Positions 26,407 through 38,612 of a DNA stretch of 64,000 bases are shown one piece after another. A model generated the notes under the pieces. That model saw nothing but the letters and a program-made list of their open reading frames with translations. It did no database searches and had not been told where the DNA came from. A program made the translations under genes and the position numbers. Source of the stretch: Vicugna vicugna (Eukaryota). The stretch's first letter is position 1. Each line of letters begins with the position of its first letter. Where the stretch lies: positions 1,038,054 through 1,102,053 of the forward strand of contig MU057632.1 of assembly GCA_013265495.1 (NCBI GenBank), given 5' to 3'.

Positions 26407-26672
26407 ATAGCTTTGAACAGGGAAGCCTTGGTTACAAGGCTGAGACCCCACATCTTAGACTTTGCTAAATGGAAAAGCCTGTCAAGACTCAAGATTCTCC
26501 AACGTGAATCTGGTTCTTCACTTTCAGGAAGGTTTTCACTACACTTGGAATTTCAAAGACATGGCTCATATTGAAGGCTAGTCATGGGATTCCAGAAGTG
26601 GATGGCTGGTGAGGCAGTGACAGATAAACTATTTTCCCAGAGATAAAAGCTGCATGGCAAAATTCTCCACTT
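26407..26672 (-). CDS. Putative exon A (266 nt): 5' leader plus ATG at 26453 (MWGLSLVTKASLFKA)
   Basis: Acceptor 'tttcctgtatcatcactttcag|' after a (TG)n tract and donor 'tat|gtatgt'. It ends in phase 2, matching exon B. Confidence 0.45.
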
Positions 26673-26970
26673 CTGAAAGTGATGATACAGGAAACATGGA
26701 CACAATGCACAGAAACATTCACACACACACACACAGAGCTCATTCCAAACAAGATCAAGTAAGACATAGAAGTCCATGTGCAACATGACAGAAAAAGAAA
26801 ACAGTGCCTTTCAAAGCCTTCCCTCTTGGGATAAAAGTAAGAAATGCAATGTTTGTCTAGAGCTAATGTTACACTCTTCATGGGCCAGTCAGGAGCAAGG
26901 GTCAAAAACATCCACAGGAACCAAGAACCTTCTGGTCTCCTTCCACAGAGGAAAAGGCTGCTTTCCTTCC

Positions 26971-27000
26971 ATTCTGGAACATTCCAGAACATTCCAGAAG
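26971..27000. promoter_or_regulatory. Perfect six-unit heat-shock element (HSF site)
   Basis: aTTCt-gGAAc-aTTCc-aGAAc-aTTCc-aGAAg gives six contiguous alternating nTTCn/nGAAn pentamers; it also contains two CATTCCA (TEAD/MCAT) motifs. Confidence 0.7.
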
Positions 27001-27698
27001 GCAGATGTGAGGGACAAGTAATATCCTAGGGTTTCTGAGCTCAGAGATGTTAATACAACTTATACAAAGTGCAGGGCCCAGGAAGTTCCATTTCAAAGCA
27101 CTGGAAAATCTTTAGCAAGTCTCACTCAGCCAAAAATAGCACGTGCAGCATGCTGAATTTCCATGCACTGGTTTGTGAAAATATCAGAAATATCACCAAC
27201 TTTGGGAAAAAATTTGAAAAATTATATCTATGAGAAACCATATGCAACCTTCTGTCTTAGTTCATTTCTTTTTTTTCCTCTCTCTAAATATTCAGGAATT
27301 TACACAAAGCTTTGGGAAAAAAAAAAAAAAGAAACCTGTCACTTAATTTACACAAAGCTTTGGGGGAAAAATGAATCTGTCCCTTAATTAGAGTTTTCCT
27401 TAAATGTGCTTTTAAGTCACTCTTTTCTAATAAATGTGGAATACTTATTCCAGCAGAAGGCTAGGTTTCTAAGCAAAGCATGTGTGTGTGGGTCTGTGTG
27501 TGGAGGGGTCTGTGTGTGGAGGGGACTATGTGTGTGTGTGTTTGTGTATGTGAAAGACCACATCTATGCAAGGAAATTCTCATCTAATCTCGAGTACCCA
27601 GAGACTTTTGGGTTTAAAACAATAATAGCTGGCATACTTCTCTCTGCACATGCGGTACAATCTTTTAAATAAAAAACTTCATTTGAATTTCTGAACTT

Positions 27699-27926
27699 TA
27701 AAATTTTATTGGATATGAAAATAAACACATCAAGACTCAAAACCATCTATTTAGAATTTAAATGTACTTATTTTAAAATATATTTACTTAATATACTTTA
27801 CTTTTTAAAATTAAAATCTTACTGGCTAATGAAAACAAATACATCCACACTCAAAAGCCATATATTAAGAATTTAAATGTACTTAATTTAAAATATAGTT
27901 AATGAATATACTTCATTTTTTAAAAA
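27699..27926 (+). repeat. Diverged ~115-bp tandem duplication (2 copies)
   Basis: 'atgaaaataaacacatcaagactcaaaaccatctatttagaatttaaatgtactta...' versus 'atgaaaacaaatacatccacactcaaaagccatatattaagaatttaaatgtactta...'. Confidence 0.8.
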
Positions 27927-28539
27927 ACAAGAAAACAACATATTTTTCACACTGACATATGTCCTGGCTACAGGTCTAGAGTAAAGCAGCTGGATGTTGA
28001 ACCTTTGTTTTCAAGGGGAAAGCTGTTTGCTCCAGATTGCTAATTATTCAACCAGTTTGAGGGGGCTCTGAACAATGGCAAGATGTATCCCTGCATTTTC
28101 TAATTTGACTTCTTTTTAGCTGAAATTCTTCTAGAGAAAAAGAGGAAAAAGAATCTATACTCAGAACAAGATATATAAAATAATACATTGCATGCCTAAG
28201 AGTTTTGTCAGCCTGAGCGAATTAACATTCCTTTAAAATTACAATTGAATTGTCATGTCTGGCACGATGCACTTTAGAGGGATAACCCATCACGGTGTTG
28301 TCAGTTTTCAAGTGTGGAAATTCTTTGGCCCCATGGTCTTCCATACACTAAACCTATTCTAGTAACACCGACCCCTCATACTTGAAGAAACACAAGTGAT
28401 ATTTCAGTATGGCCCTATTCAGAGTCTTCCTTAACGTATGATTTATTCCTTCAGCCAGACATAAGGAGGCTACAAGTGCTGACTTGCCAGAATTATCATG
28501 GATTGAGAGACTGGGAGTTTCAGAGGTGTGACCTCTTAC

Positions 28540-28620
28540 TCTTGCAATGTCTCTAATTACTCAGGGGTTTATCAGACGGTCTTGGAACTGCGTGTGAGCA
28601 AGCATCCCTCATCCCTCAAG
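28540..28620 (-). other. Candidate non-coding first exon (5' end unknown)
   Basis: Donor 'aga|gtaaga' at 28539, immediately downstream (minus sense) of the promoter-like block. Confidence 0.3.
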
Positions 28621-28900
28621 CATCACTGAAAATCTATGCAAATGAGGCGTTCGGCAGCCCCCTGGCAGGGGGAGCTGCTCCTCCTGACTCCGCCCCTCGA
28701 GCTGCCGGGTTTTATGAATGACTGCAATCAATGCGCTGAACAGCTGCCAACTGCCCACTCAGCCGAGGCTACGCCGCCCTGCAGCACATGCGGGAGAAGA
28801 TGCATCGCCTCACGCCTGCAGATGAGGCTACAAGGGGAAGGCTCTCATCTCTCCGCACAGGAACTCAATGTGCTTCCAGATTCTCAGAGTACGTGAATTA
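28570..28900. promoter_or_regulatory. CpG-retaining promoter/enhancer-like block: octamer, CTCF-like motifs, GC box, E-box
   Basis: ATGCAAAT at 28636-28643; CTGCCAGGGGGCTGC (minus) overlapping CTGGCAGGGGGAGCT (plus) at 28654-28678; CTCCGCCCCT at 28688-28697; CAGCTG at 28741; about 16 CpGs in 330 bp against a CpG-poor background. Confidence 0.6.
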
Positions 28901-29479
28901 AAAATTCTCAGTGCCTTCACAACACACAATTTACATAATGACTTTCTCCCTTTTGAGTTTCCATTTTGGTGCCTGCAATCAGGAGTGCCCCCTTTCTCCT
29001 TCCCTACTTGCAGGAAAAGAAAAAAGCCAAAACCTCACTGTTTAATGCAATTTGATCTCTGTTGAACTTTATCTAGATTGTTTTATCATTCTTGATTAGT
29101 GTCAGGAGAGGAGTTACTGTGTACGAAGCCGTCAAATAGATTAGGACATGTTTACATTTTTGTCCTCAATCTTTTGGGTTTTGGATTTCACTGAGGTTTC
29201 TCTTCCCATCAATGGAGACAATAATGACATTCACACAGTGCTGGGGGAAAGTGTATTTGTGCTTCTCTCCCCAGTGTTACTCTACTAGCCTGCACTGGTC
29301 ATGAGAGATCTTAGAATCAGTTAAAATGACACCACGCTGAGAATTTTTCCAATATATAATCTTCTAATTTGCTGATCGCCAATCAAAATACATAGAAACA
29401 AGGGGAAATAGACAAGGAGGGACTCTGGGGGCTCTGGTTTCTGTTTCCAGCCGTTTTCTTCTAAATCTCCCATTCAAAT

Positions 29480-30491
29480 ACTTCAGACCCCTCTTCTGCA
29501 AGCCTTTACCCCAAAGCTCCTAAAATATTTGCAAAATTCCCATCTCCAGCCGGATCCTCTCTTGACTCCAGACCTCCAACTGCCTCCCCAGTGTTTTCGC
29601 CTGGATTTCTAATAGGCCTCTCAGAATCAACCTTTCCAACTGGAATTCTTCATGTGTTCCCACACACCTAATGCTCCAGCAGTCAACGCCATCTTGACTG
29701 ATTGTAGATACATTTTTCCAGCTGTTCAGGCCAAAAAATTTAGACTTGATTTCTCATTTCCCTGGGACCTGTGAGAGAATCCTTCAGACTGGTTTTAATT
29801 TCAAAATAATTGCCAAATCAAACCTTTGCTCCTCCCTCTCCACTGTCCCCACACCTGTCCTGGGCCAATACCATCTCTCCCTCAGATTCCTGCAGTAAAC
29901 TTCTCATGAGAGCATCTGCCCTCTTCCTCGAGCCTATCTTCACAGAATAGCCAGAGAGACCGTATGGAAAGAGAAGTCAGACATGACTCCTCCGCTCACA
30001 ATCTCGCAATGTTCCCCAGTTAACTCACAAAAAGTGTCAGAGACCTTAGAATACAATCCAGCCTCCTGTAACATTCGGAATTCATCTTAGACTTTTCCTT
30101 CCCTGCCTCCCTTCCTCCCTGTTCGCCCTCCTGCAGAGGCAATGGCCTTCCTGCCGGTCTTCCTCACGTGCAGCAGGCCTGGTCTCACTGGGGCGAGGCT
30201 TTGGCCCCAACCACTCCTTTTGTCTCGAATGCTCCTCCCTGATATTTAGTGTGACGAATCCCCTCACCTCTTTCAATTTTTGGCTCAAATGTCAGTTTTT
30301 GATGGTTCTTATTCTTGTTATGACAATCGGCCCCTAGCCAGACTTCCAGTGCTCTTTGTTTGATCTACTTCTTATCAAAAAGTACTGCCCCGTACAGCCG
30401 AAATATATACAATCTGGTTCACTGACATGGTCTGAGCCTAGAATAGTGCAAGACGTAATAGTCACTCCTCACGTTTGTTAAATGAATGAAC
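29480..30491 (+). mobile_element. LINE-2 3' region
   Basis: 'catctccagccggatcctctcttgactccagacctccaactgcctc...' through to the terminus 'gcctagaatagtgc...tttgttaaatgaatgaa'. Confidence 0.8.
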
Positions 30492-30949
30492 AAGAGAAAA
30501 AGCTATCAATTTCAAGCTTGAGTAACTAACATGTTAAAAGACAGTGATTTACGATAAATTTAGGTAACGCTTTTTTTTGCAAGATAACAGCATCTTTCTA
30601 TAAAATATTTGCAAATTATAAAATAATTCATGACCAACAAGTCTTACGATTTGATTAACTTCACTAAATGTATTTTTATATGGTTTGACTAAGTTTCATT
30701 CTCTTTCTGAACAAGAAAAAAAGGTGTATTTCAGTCAATGACTTACTTAGTGGAAAAGACTCTCATGTCAAGTCACTGCTTTGAACCAATGGACACTATC
30801 TAATGTCTAGTATACTGCTATTTTATCAAGTAAAACTTTAAAGTAATTGTATACGAGGTAATTCCTCAATAGTGAAGAGAGAAAACTCATCTCTTTTTCT
30901 CCTGATTTTCCTAAACACAGTAGGGAAACAAGAACTTCTGTTTATTATC

Positions 30950-31170
30950 ATCTATTCTGCACTCAAATGTCCAGAGATTTAGATAATATCTTATTTAATC
31001 TTCACAAACCCCCCTGCAAGGAGAAATGATGGTCCCACTTGACAGATGAAGAAACTGCAGATCTAAGAGATTAAATTTTTTTTTAATGATATGTGGCAAA
31101 CATTGATATTTTTAAGAGGCCAAGATTTGTATTGAGGTTTGTTTGGGATCAAAGCTAATGTCCTTTCTAT
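30950..31170 (-). mobile_element. MIR SINE
   Basis: 'tcttatttaatcttcacaaaccccc...cccacttgacagatgaagaaactgcag'. Confidence 0.7.
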
Positions 31171-32540
31171 CACTCCAACGAGCCTTCAGGCATAACACTT
31201 GAAAGATGAATGGAAACTAATACAATTCAATCATGAAGTTACTGATATGTTTCAGAAGTAACAGATATCCAGAATCCTGAGATGGGTTTCAATAGCATTG
31301 ATCTCCTAATATAGGTACATTACTGAAATGATACCAATAATCTCACATAACTGAGTATTTATGAAATGGTATTCGAGTATCACAAGACCATATTCTCCAA
31401 ATACAGCAGCAGAACAATGGTGCTAGCAGAGCGTCAATTTGGCCAAACTAGAAATGGAGAGTGACTTTAAGACCAGTGGGAATGTGAAATGCAAGACAGG
31501 TCATCTGGAAGAGAGAAAAACAGTTTGTAAAGGAAAAAGAATCAAAAAAGCTGAAAAGATCTTTAAAATCATTTGCAAGATGAATATAATACAACTGATA
31601 GAAATCTCTTCAAAAACATTTTCAAAGGAGGTCTTCGAGAACGATCTCTCCATTTACAAATCCTAAAAGAAGGAAATCTGAGATGTATTATTTGAAAAAA
31701 AAGAATTAAAAATTGCACATTCATGTCCAACTCAACAGTGAACAAATCGGTAGGATGTCTGTTATCCCTAAGATGAAGATGGGATGGTGAAAACTCTACA
31801 CCAGATGGGGAAAGTAAGTGAACGCTGGTGTTTTGAAAAGCCAGATGCACTAAACACAGCCCACCAGGGCCTGTTCTACCTCTGATGTGCATTCAGGGAC
31901 CCTCAGAAACTATGTAAGAGTAAGTTTTAATTTTTAAAAAGACATGGAGGACAAGCGAGAGGGAGTTTCTAATTATAAAAAAAAGGGAAACCAGCTGACC
32001 GTTTTTCACCATGAGTAATGGGGGCTGCTGAACCTCCCCTAAGCAGGCCAGGAAGTTTTCATAAAACCAGGCCAAATAGTATAGGACCCTAACACAAAGA
32101 GGGTAATAAGATAAAGATTCACTAGAGATGAATAAGTGATTTTATATTCCAGAAAAACAAATTTTTCAAAGACTGATGAGAAGGAAAATAATAGGTAAGG
32201 GGTCAGGTCCTTGGTCTCCTGGATTATTCAGACTTGGCCTGTTTATCACCCTTTGTGTCTCTGGAACATTAATAGGCTTGGTTCTACAAGGTCCTCATAT
32301 TATTTTCAACTTGTCAGCAATATGGCCAGTTAACTTCTTTTTACCCAAGCTACTACTTCCTGTGAACACAAATCCTTTCTCTATTCACCAATTCTTGAAC
32401 TATTATACAGACTGCGGATTTACAGCTTTTAGTACTTTCATTCCATTAATCAACAGGTCCTAACCCCTCACAGCTAGGTTCTGTGCCTCACAGCCCAGCT
32501 GAGGACCACTGCTCTGAACGCCTGGCTCCATCCCAAGTGT

Positions 32541-32592
32541 GGCTGAGTGGGGTCCCTCCACCCTAAGGCTGAGTGTGGTCCCTCCACCCTAA
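32541..32592 (+). repeat. 26-bp tandem duplication
   Basis: 'ggctgagtggggtccctccaccctaa' followed by 'ggctgagtgtggtccctccaccctaa'. Confidence 0.9.
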
Positions 32593-33989
32593 CAGACGAT
32601 CACTGACTTGAACAACTGACATGAGAGAGACTGTTGAGTCAGGAGTAACACTGAGTTAAACAGGAATATGAACCTTCTCAAAGGGAGTCTGTGAGTGACA
32701 CTTGTCTTGATTAATTCAAAAAAGCAATTCAGCAAAATGAGATGAATCTCAAGACATGTAAACGCATGTGTATATGAAAACTCTCTGCTGACAGAGCAGG
32801 AAAATGGCAGTGAGTAATACCAGCTACAACGCCCGAGTGTCTGCATGGGGCCGGGAGCTATGCTAAGGTTCCCAGACGCCTTTAGACCAGTCATCTGGTC
32901 ACATGTTGTCCATTGTGCTTGGTGTCACCCAAGTTACAAATTTATTTGCAAAATATTACAATTTCTTCTTAGAAGCACAACTCATCGTTGGAAAAACCAC
33001 ATGCTATCTGGGAAGTACTCCATTTTCAGCAAATAAATTATTTCACTACCATTCAAGTTTTAGCAAAAGGCACACAATTGCAATTGAATTTTTTCCAGTT
33101 TTAAGCACCTTACATCCCCTAGCCACATCTCAGTATTGTAGAAGAATAAATGGTTGTCTGATAATGGTTATCTACAGTTAAATGTCCAGGGCAAAGAATC
33201 CAATTTGGTAGTAAAAAGGAATGGATGGTATTTGTAAAGATTATTGCCAGAGCTTTTTTTTACAACTAATGACGTTTCTGCTTTTTATTTGTAACATAAA
33301 ACCATAGCTCTTTAAATAATGATTTTAGAGTCATTCTATGTATCTAAGGATGCCGATTCTCCACAAGCATTCATTTTCCCTGCTCATGGGGAGCCAAATA
33401 GCTAAATAAATATCTACTAAGAGGTCCATAATAGGTCCTTGGTGGGATTTAAGTGGATTTTAAACAGATAAAATAAAATGGGAAAATGAAACTTGGAAAA
33501 GCATTAATGAAATATTTCAGGCATTGCTTTCAATTAATTGTAACTACTTTCTCAACTGATTCACCTGCCTAGAAAGTCAGAGAGAAACTGGAGTCAGTCA
33601 GATATGAAAATGTGTTGTACGTGGACCACTGTTGCTTGTGCATAAACGTGAAACTGCTATGTCAGAAGCAGACTCTGTTCATTTTCTATTAAAAGTGAAG
33701 CTTTCTTTATTTTGTCAAGGGACCATGATGCATCTTTTCCTTTAAATATGATGAAAGGATGAAACCAAGTCATTTTGACACTTCAGTGAAAACTTCACTA
33801 CCTGAATCTGATTGCTTCTTGGCCTAAATATGTTTTGCACTTAGAGTGAGAAAAACAAAACATCTGCTAAGTAACTTTTTCCTCCTCTTCACTCAAACTG
33901 ATGAAAATATGAACAGATATTTAGAAAAATACGCAATGCAGGTATTTGGAAAGATAATCCAATGAATAGGACTTCTTACTCCTCACTGA

Positions 33990-34780
33990 CAATTGTAGGC
34001 ATTCCCCATACCCTCTGCTCTCCCTTTTGACTTGATAGGACTGTCATCCTCGTGGCTTCAAGTGGGCTGATGGTTCCTGAATTGTCATTTCCAGACTTCA
34101 CCTCTCATTACCTAGCAGGTCTTAAATCAGTATCTACCTAAAAACCTTCCTAACAACTGAACTAGAACAAACTAAAATACTCAACTCAGTATTCCTGGTT
34201 TTCTCAAACTTGAACATCTCCCAGATTTGACACGGTGATCAATTACATCTTCCAATTACTGTTGTTCACAGTCTTGGTGCCCTATGACCTCACCTTCCCT
34301 AGTGGCCAGTAAGTCATTGAATCTTCTGGCTATTCCTTCAAAGGATCTCTAGAAATCTCCAGTTCTTATTTACGTCCATGACTTCCAAGTTCATTTTCTC
34401 TCTTGAATAAACTGCTTGAGTAGCCTTCCTCAAGTCCCATCTTCTGCAGCTCACAAAGTCCACAAAGTGCTTCCCATCCCCTGCCGTATCAAATACATAC
34501 ACTGCCATTTAGCTCCAGGGTCCGTCCTCTGCGCACCCTCACTCACTAATCTCTTCCTCTTAATTCCTGACACAGCCTGTTTCTCAAGTCGGATACATCT
34601 ATCTCAATTTTTTTAGAACATCCTTTAGTCACTTTCATTACATCCCATATGCCATTTTTCTTACTTTACAAATCATCTGCCTCTTTCCCCACCCACCGCC
34701 GCCATTCATTTTAAGTCCTTTCAAAATTCAACAAATGTGCTGAACTCCAGGAAGCCTTCCAGGCTAAGGGCCCTCATTAA
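33990..34780 (+). mobile_element. LINE-2 remnant
   Basis: 'catcctcgtggcttcaagt...gctgatggttcctgaatt...tccagacttc' and later L2-like pyrimidine blocks. Confidence 0.5.
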
Positions 34781-35844
34781 TCCTTCACCAATATCTTCTG
34801 AAAAATCAGTCCTCATGTAGGGATGAGAAACTGTGTTTAACAGCTGCAGCTTGAGCTGCAGGACATTCAAGAAATGCCTTTGGAAATAGGACATGAAATG
34901 GAAGCATGTCCTGTAGACCTGGCTGGGAAGCTCTGGGGATTATGATGCCTTTGTCATCAATGAACAAACACTTGCAGGACACCTGCTCTGTGCTATGCAT
35001 CATGCCCAGTGCTATGATCACAACCTGAAAGTAAGTCAGTCTGTTCAGCAATAAGTGTAGTCATGAGAATAATAACGTACATTTATTAAGCATTTCTTAA
35101 TGTATCTATATAGTATCATGTCACTTAGTGTTGCCAAAGGTCATAATATACGTTTAATTACACTATCATCTATAAGTAAGTTCACCTTGCTCTTCTGTGT
35201 CACTTCCAGAGTTCCAAATAGTCACTCCTGGGATTTCCTTGGTATGTACCACTTCTTTACAGACCCATGGATATAGAAAAACATTAGAGGTTCTCAAACT
35301 CAAAGACTGAAATTTGTCGCCCCTTCCATTCAAGTCACGAACTTCTTTCAGGGCATTCATGCCCCTGCTGGAGGCAAATCTAAAGCCACAGAGCATTCAC
35401 TGGCCTCCTTCTATTGTTAAAGATTTCTGACTATTGGAATATTCTTTTTCCAATGTTTACTGAAATCCTCCCCTACCAGCTTCTACACATCAGTCCTAAC
35501 TCAGCCCTTGAGAAGCTGTGTGGAACAAGTCCATTCCCTGTTAAAGACCATCCCTTTATGTATTTGAATTCAGTGGTCTTGTGTCCCCTTCACGCTCTCT
35601 TTCCTTTCTCATCAGCCCCTCAGTGACCCCTGGTGAGAGGCATGTGCTACAGGGACCCACCCACCCTAGCTGCATGCTTTGCCAGTTAACAACTCCCTGA
35701 AAAGTTGACTCTCTTTGTTGTGCAATATTCTCACTCCAGGTCCATAGGAAGGAATACAAACTCAAATTGTATAGCCCTCTCTAATAGCTGGATCTCATAA
35801 AAAGAACAATTGACAGAAGTGATATTCAGAGGAAATTATCTATG

Positions 35845-36050
35845 TGTGGTTTCCAAAAGCTGGTCATACATCAGAAGCATCTAAAGAGGTTTTTAAAGAG
35901 ATAGAGTCTTTGGATTCCAGTCCAGAGCTACAGAGCTGAAGTCCGGGGCCACAGATTTGCAAATGATGAGCTCCCCTGGGTGATGCTAATATATCCAGGC
36001 AGGTAGCTGGGGCCTGCTGATGACGAATGACCCATCCATTCATGGCACTG
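35845..36050. mobile_element. MER5-like hAT DNA transposon remnant
   Basis: 'gtggtttccaaaagctggtcatacatcagaagcatct...gctcccctgggtgatgctaat'. Confidence 0.55.
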
Positions 36051-37989
36051 GACTGAGTCCTTCCTTTACATGGAGCTAAACCACGAAACTCTCGATAACT
36101 TGAACCACATTATCATAGTCCCTCATTAGACAGGTTTTTCTGAACTATATTTTAATGTTGTGCCTTCAATTTTTATGCAGGTCGGTATAAGAAATAGCTG
36201 TATGAAGTCGGTTTCTGCCTTTACTGTAAAATACTGGGAAGCTCAATGTCCGTTACATCAGCTGGAGCCCTTTCTATAAAACCCTAATACACTCATTCTA
36301 CATTGTTGGGTTTTGCCCCCAAAATTTAACACCAAGGAAAATGTTATATCTTGCTTATTATAAGTACCTACCATGATTTCTTCTGGTCAGGGTTCCAAAG
36401 ACATTCAGAGAGCAACATTAAAGCTCATCGTAACAACTCTGTTAACATGGTAAGCATGTTTATAATCTCATTCCTTTCTTGTTTGTAAGTCTCATTTTCT
36501 ATATTTCTAGTGTTTTATGTTAAAATCCTTTTGAAAAAAGCCAAAAAGAATCATAGAAAGAAAAAGGTTAAAACTGTATCTCTCACAGGAAAAATTAAAA
36601 TTTTGATTTTTCTTGAATTTGAAAAATCTAATATGCCTTAAAGGTCATACCTGGCATCTAATATGCTATATATATATAATATATTATATAAAATGATAAT
36701 TATGATGCTGGTGACATCTCACTAAAGTTGATAAGTTATACCAAATTAGCATTTCAGAAAGGATTGTTTTTTTGTTTCAGAGAAGCATTCCCTAGGAATT
36801 AAGTGTTATCGCACAGAAAGGAAATGGTTTCATGGTCAAATAAATTAGGGAAACATTAAGTTAAACAGGTCGAGGAAGATTTTTTACTGCATAAATTTTC
36901 AGAATCTTCAAAATGCTACTGCTCACTGTTCTCCAAGACAGTAGCATAATGTGTAGCACTTTCCAAGGATTAGTATTCAGTTGGGGAAGTGATAAAGTGA
37001 CACTTAGCAACTGCAGCATTAGAAATATACATTCTCCAAGGGAGATAATCAATGTTTGGTAAAATTTTCCAGATGATAACATAGAATAGCACATAGAATA
37101 GCACATATAGCATTTAACCTCAGCAGGGAGTATTTTTACAGTTGGCCACCTCTTAGTCTAGAAGCAGCACTATGTCTACCTGAAGGTAGGCAACTGTCTC
37201 ACATTTTGGTCCATTGAATAATGAATGTATCACCCACCTTTTAGAAAGTTCATCCTCCAAGAAAGACAATACAGTTTTACAGTACCTAGTTGTCTCCATT
37301 TTTATATGTTAATTACATAGGGAGATTGCACCAGAAGTTAGGCACTAAATTCTTTCCTCACTAAGCATCCAGTATAAACTCATCAAAGGGACAGATTTTG
37401 ACCTAAACTAGCAATTCTTTTGTGCAAAGCCTAGAGTTTTTGTATGTTGGTTGGTTGATTTTTTACACAGGTAGCAATCAATAGAGTTATGTAACCTTTA
37501 TGAGGGATAACTAAAAAGGCATAGAAATGCTAACATATTTCTTTGCAATTCCTAAGTTAAATGTGTGGGAGAATAAAAACATAATCACTGCAATAGGTAA
37601 ACTATATCTTGTCAGTCTAATAGTAGAGAGGAAACATAACAGACTCTTAACATTTTTACTGTTCATACATACATTTCATACACTTATTTTTTAAGCAAGT
37701 ATGTGTATATTTTATCTTACCTATTGAGAAATTTCAAGGGACAATGAGACATTTTCTCTAAAATGACAATTACTTTATCAAAAAACTCTATTTTTCCTCT
37801 TATGTATTAAACTAAGTAGTAAATTAACCAAAAAGATGTGACATTGGCAAGACTGTATTCGTGTATTCAAATCACCCATAGTTGAATTATTTTGTAGCTC
37901 AGAAAGACACTCTTACCTTGGAAGTAGTATTAAGTTTTGACACTAAGTAATTAAAAATTACTGGTCCTTCACCAATGATAAAACTTGTA

Positions 37990-38612
37990 ATGTTTAATGT
38001 TTATTCACTTCATGAATATTAAGAAATTTCTCCCCCAAAAAGATACCATTAAAATAACAAATATGCAAGTCACACCAAAGAGAAAATATTTACATTATAT
38101 ATCTTACATATATGTACAAATGCAGGGCTCATATCCAGAATATACATCCTTACATATCAAGGGAAAAACCAACCTATTCTATGACCCACAGATCAGTTCC
38201 TAGGTATTTACTCAAGGGAAATGAAAGCCTGTATCCACAGAGTGACTTGTACAAGAATATTCATAGCCTGAAACTGCAAACAACCCATCATTTGAAGACT
38301 TTATGGACGGAAATCCTGGTATCTTCATACAAGGGAAAGTACTCTCAATGTGTGCAACAGTCGGTGATTCAATTTCTTTAAAGTTCAAGAAGTGGCAAAA
38401 AGTACTCAGTGGTGACAAGAATCAGAAAGAAGCCGCCTCTGGGTGGGGTGTGTGCGGGGGGTGGGGAGTAATGGGAAGGCTGGATATCTTGCTTAGAGAT
38501 GCCGTGACACAGGTGTACACAAATGTCAGCTTCCATCAAAGCAAATACTTAGTAGATGTACGTTTCATTGCATGTAAATTACACCTTAATAAAAAAGTAA
38601 AAGATAAATAAC
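37990..38612 (+). mobile_element. Old LINE-1 3' region
   Basis: 'cctattctatgacccacagatcagttcctaggtatttactcaagggaaatgaaagc', ending 'cattgcatgtaaattacaccttaataaaaaag'. Confidence 0.75.

Noticed and set aside
26553..26555. Selenocysteine read-through of the in-frame TGA
   Set aside because: I could not identify a SECIS element downstream, and there is no selenoprotein-like motif.
31439..31666. Lys-rich 75-aa ORF as a processed pseudogene
   Set aside because: It has a non-ATG start, A-rich bias explains the composition, and I see no poly-A/TSD or recognisable parent gene.
33748..33811. Box C/D snoRNA (ATGATGA ... CTGA)
   Set aside because: There is no convincing terminal stem, no recognisable C'/D' boxes or rRNA-complementary guide, and it is on the strand opposite the inferred host transcript.
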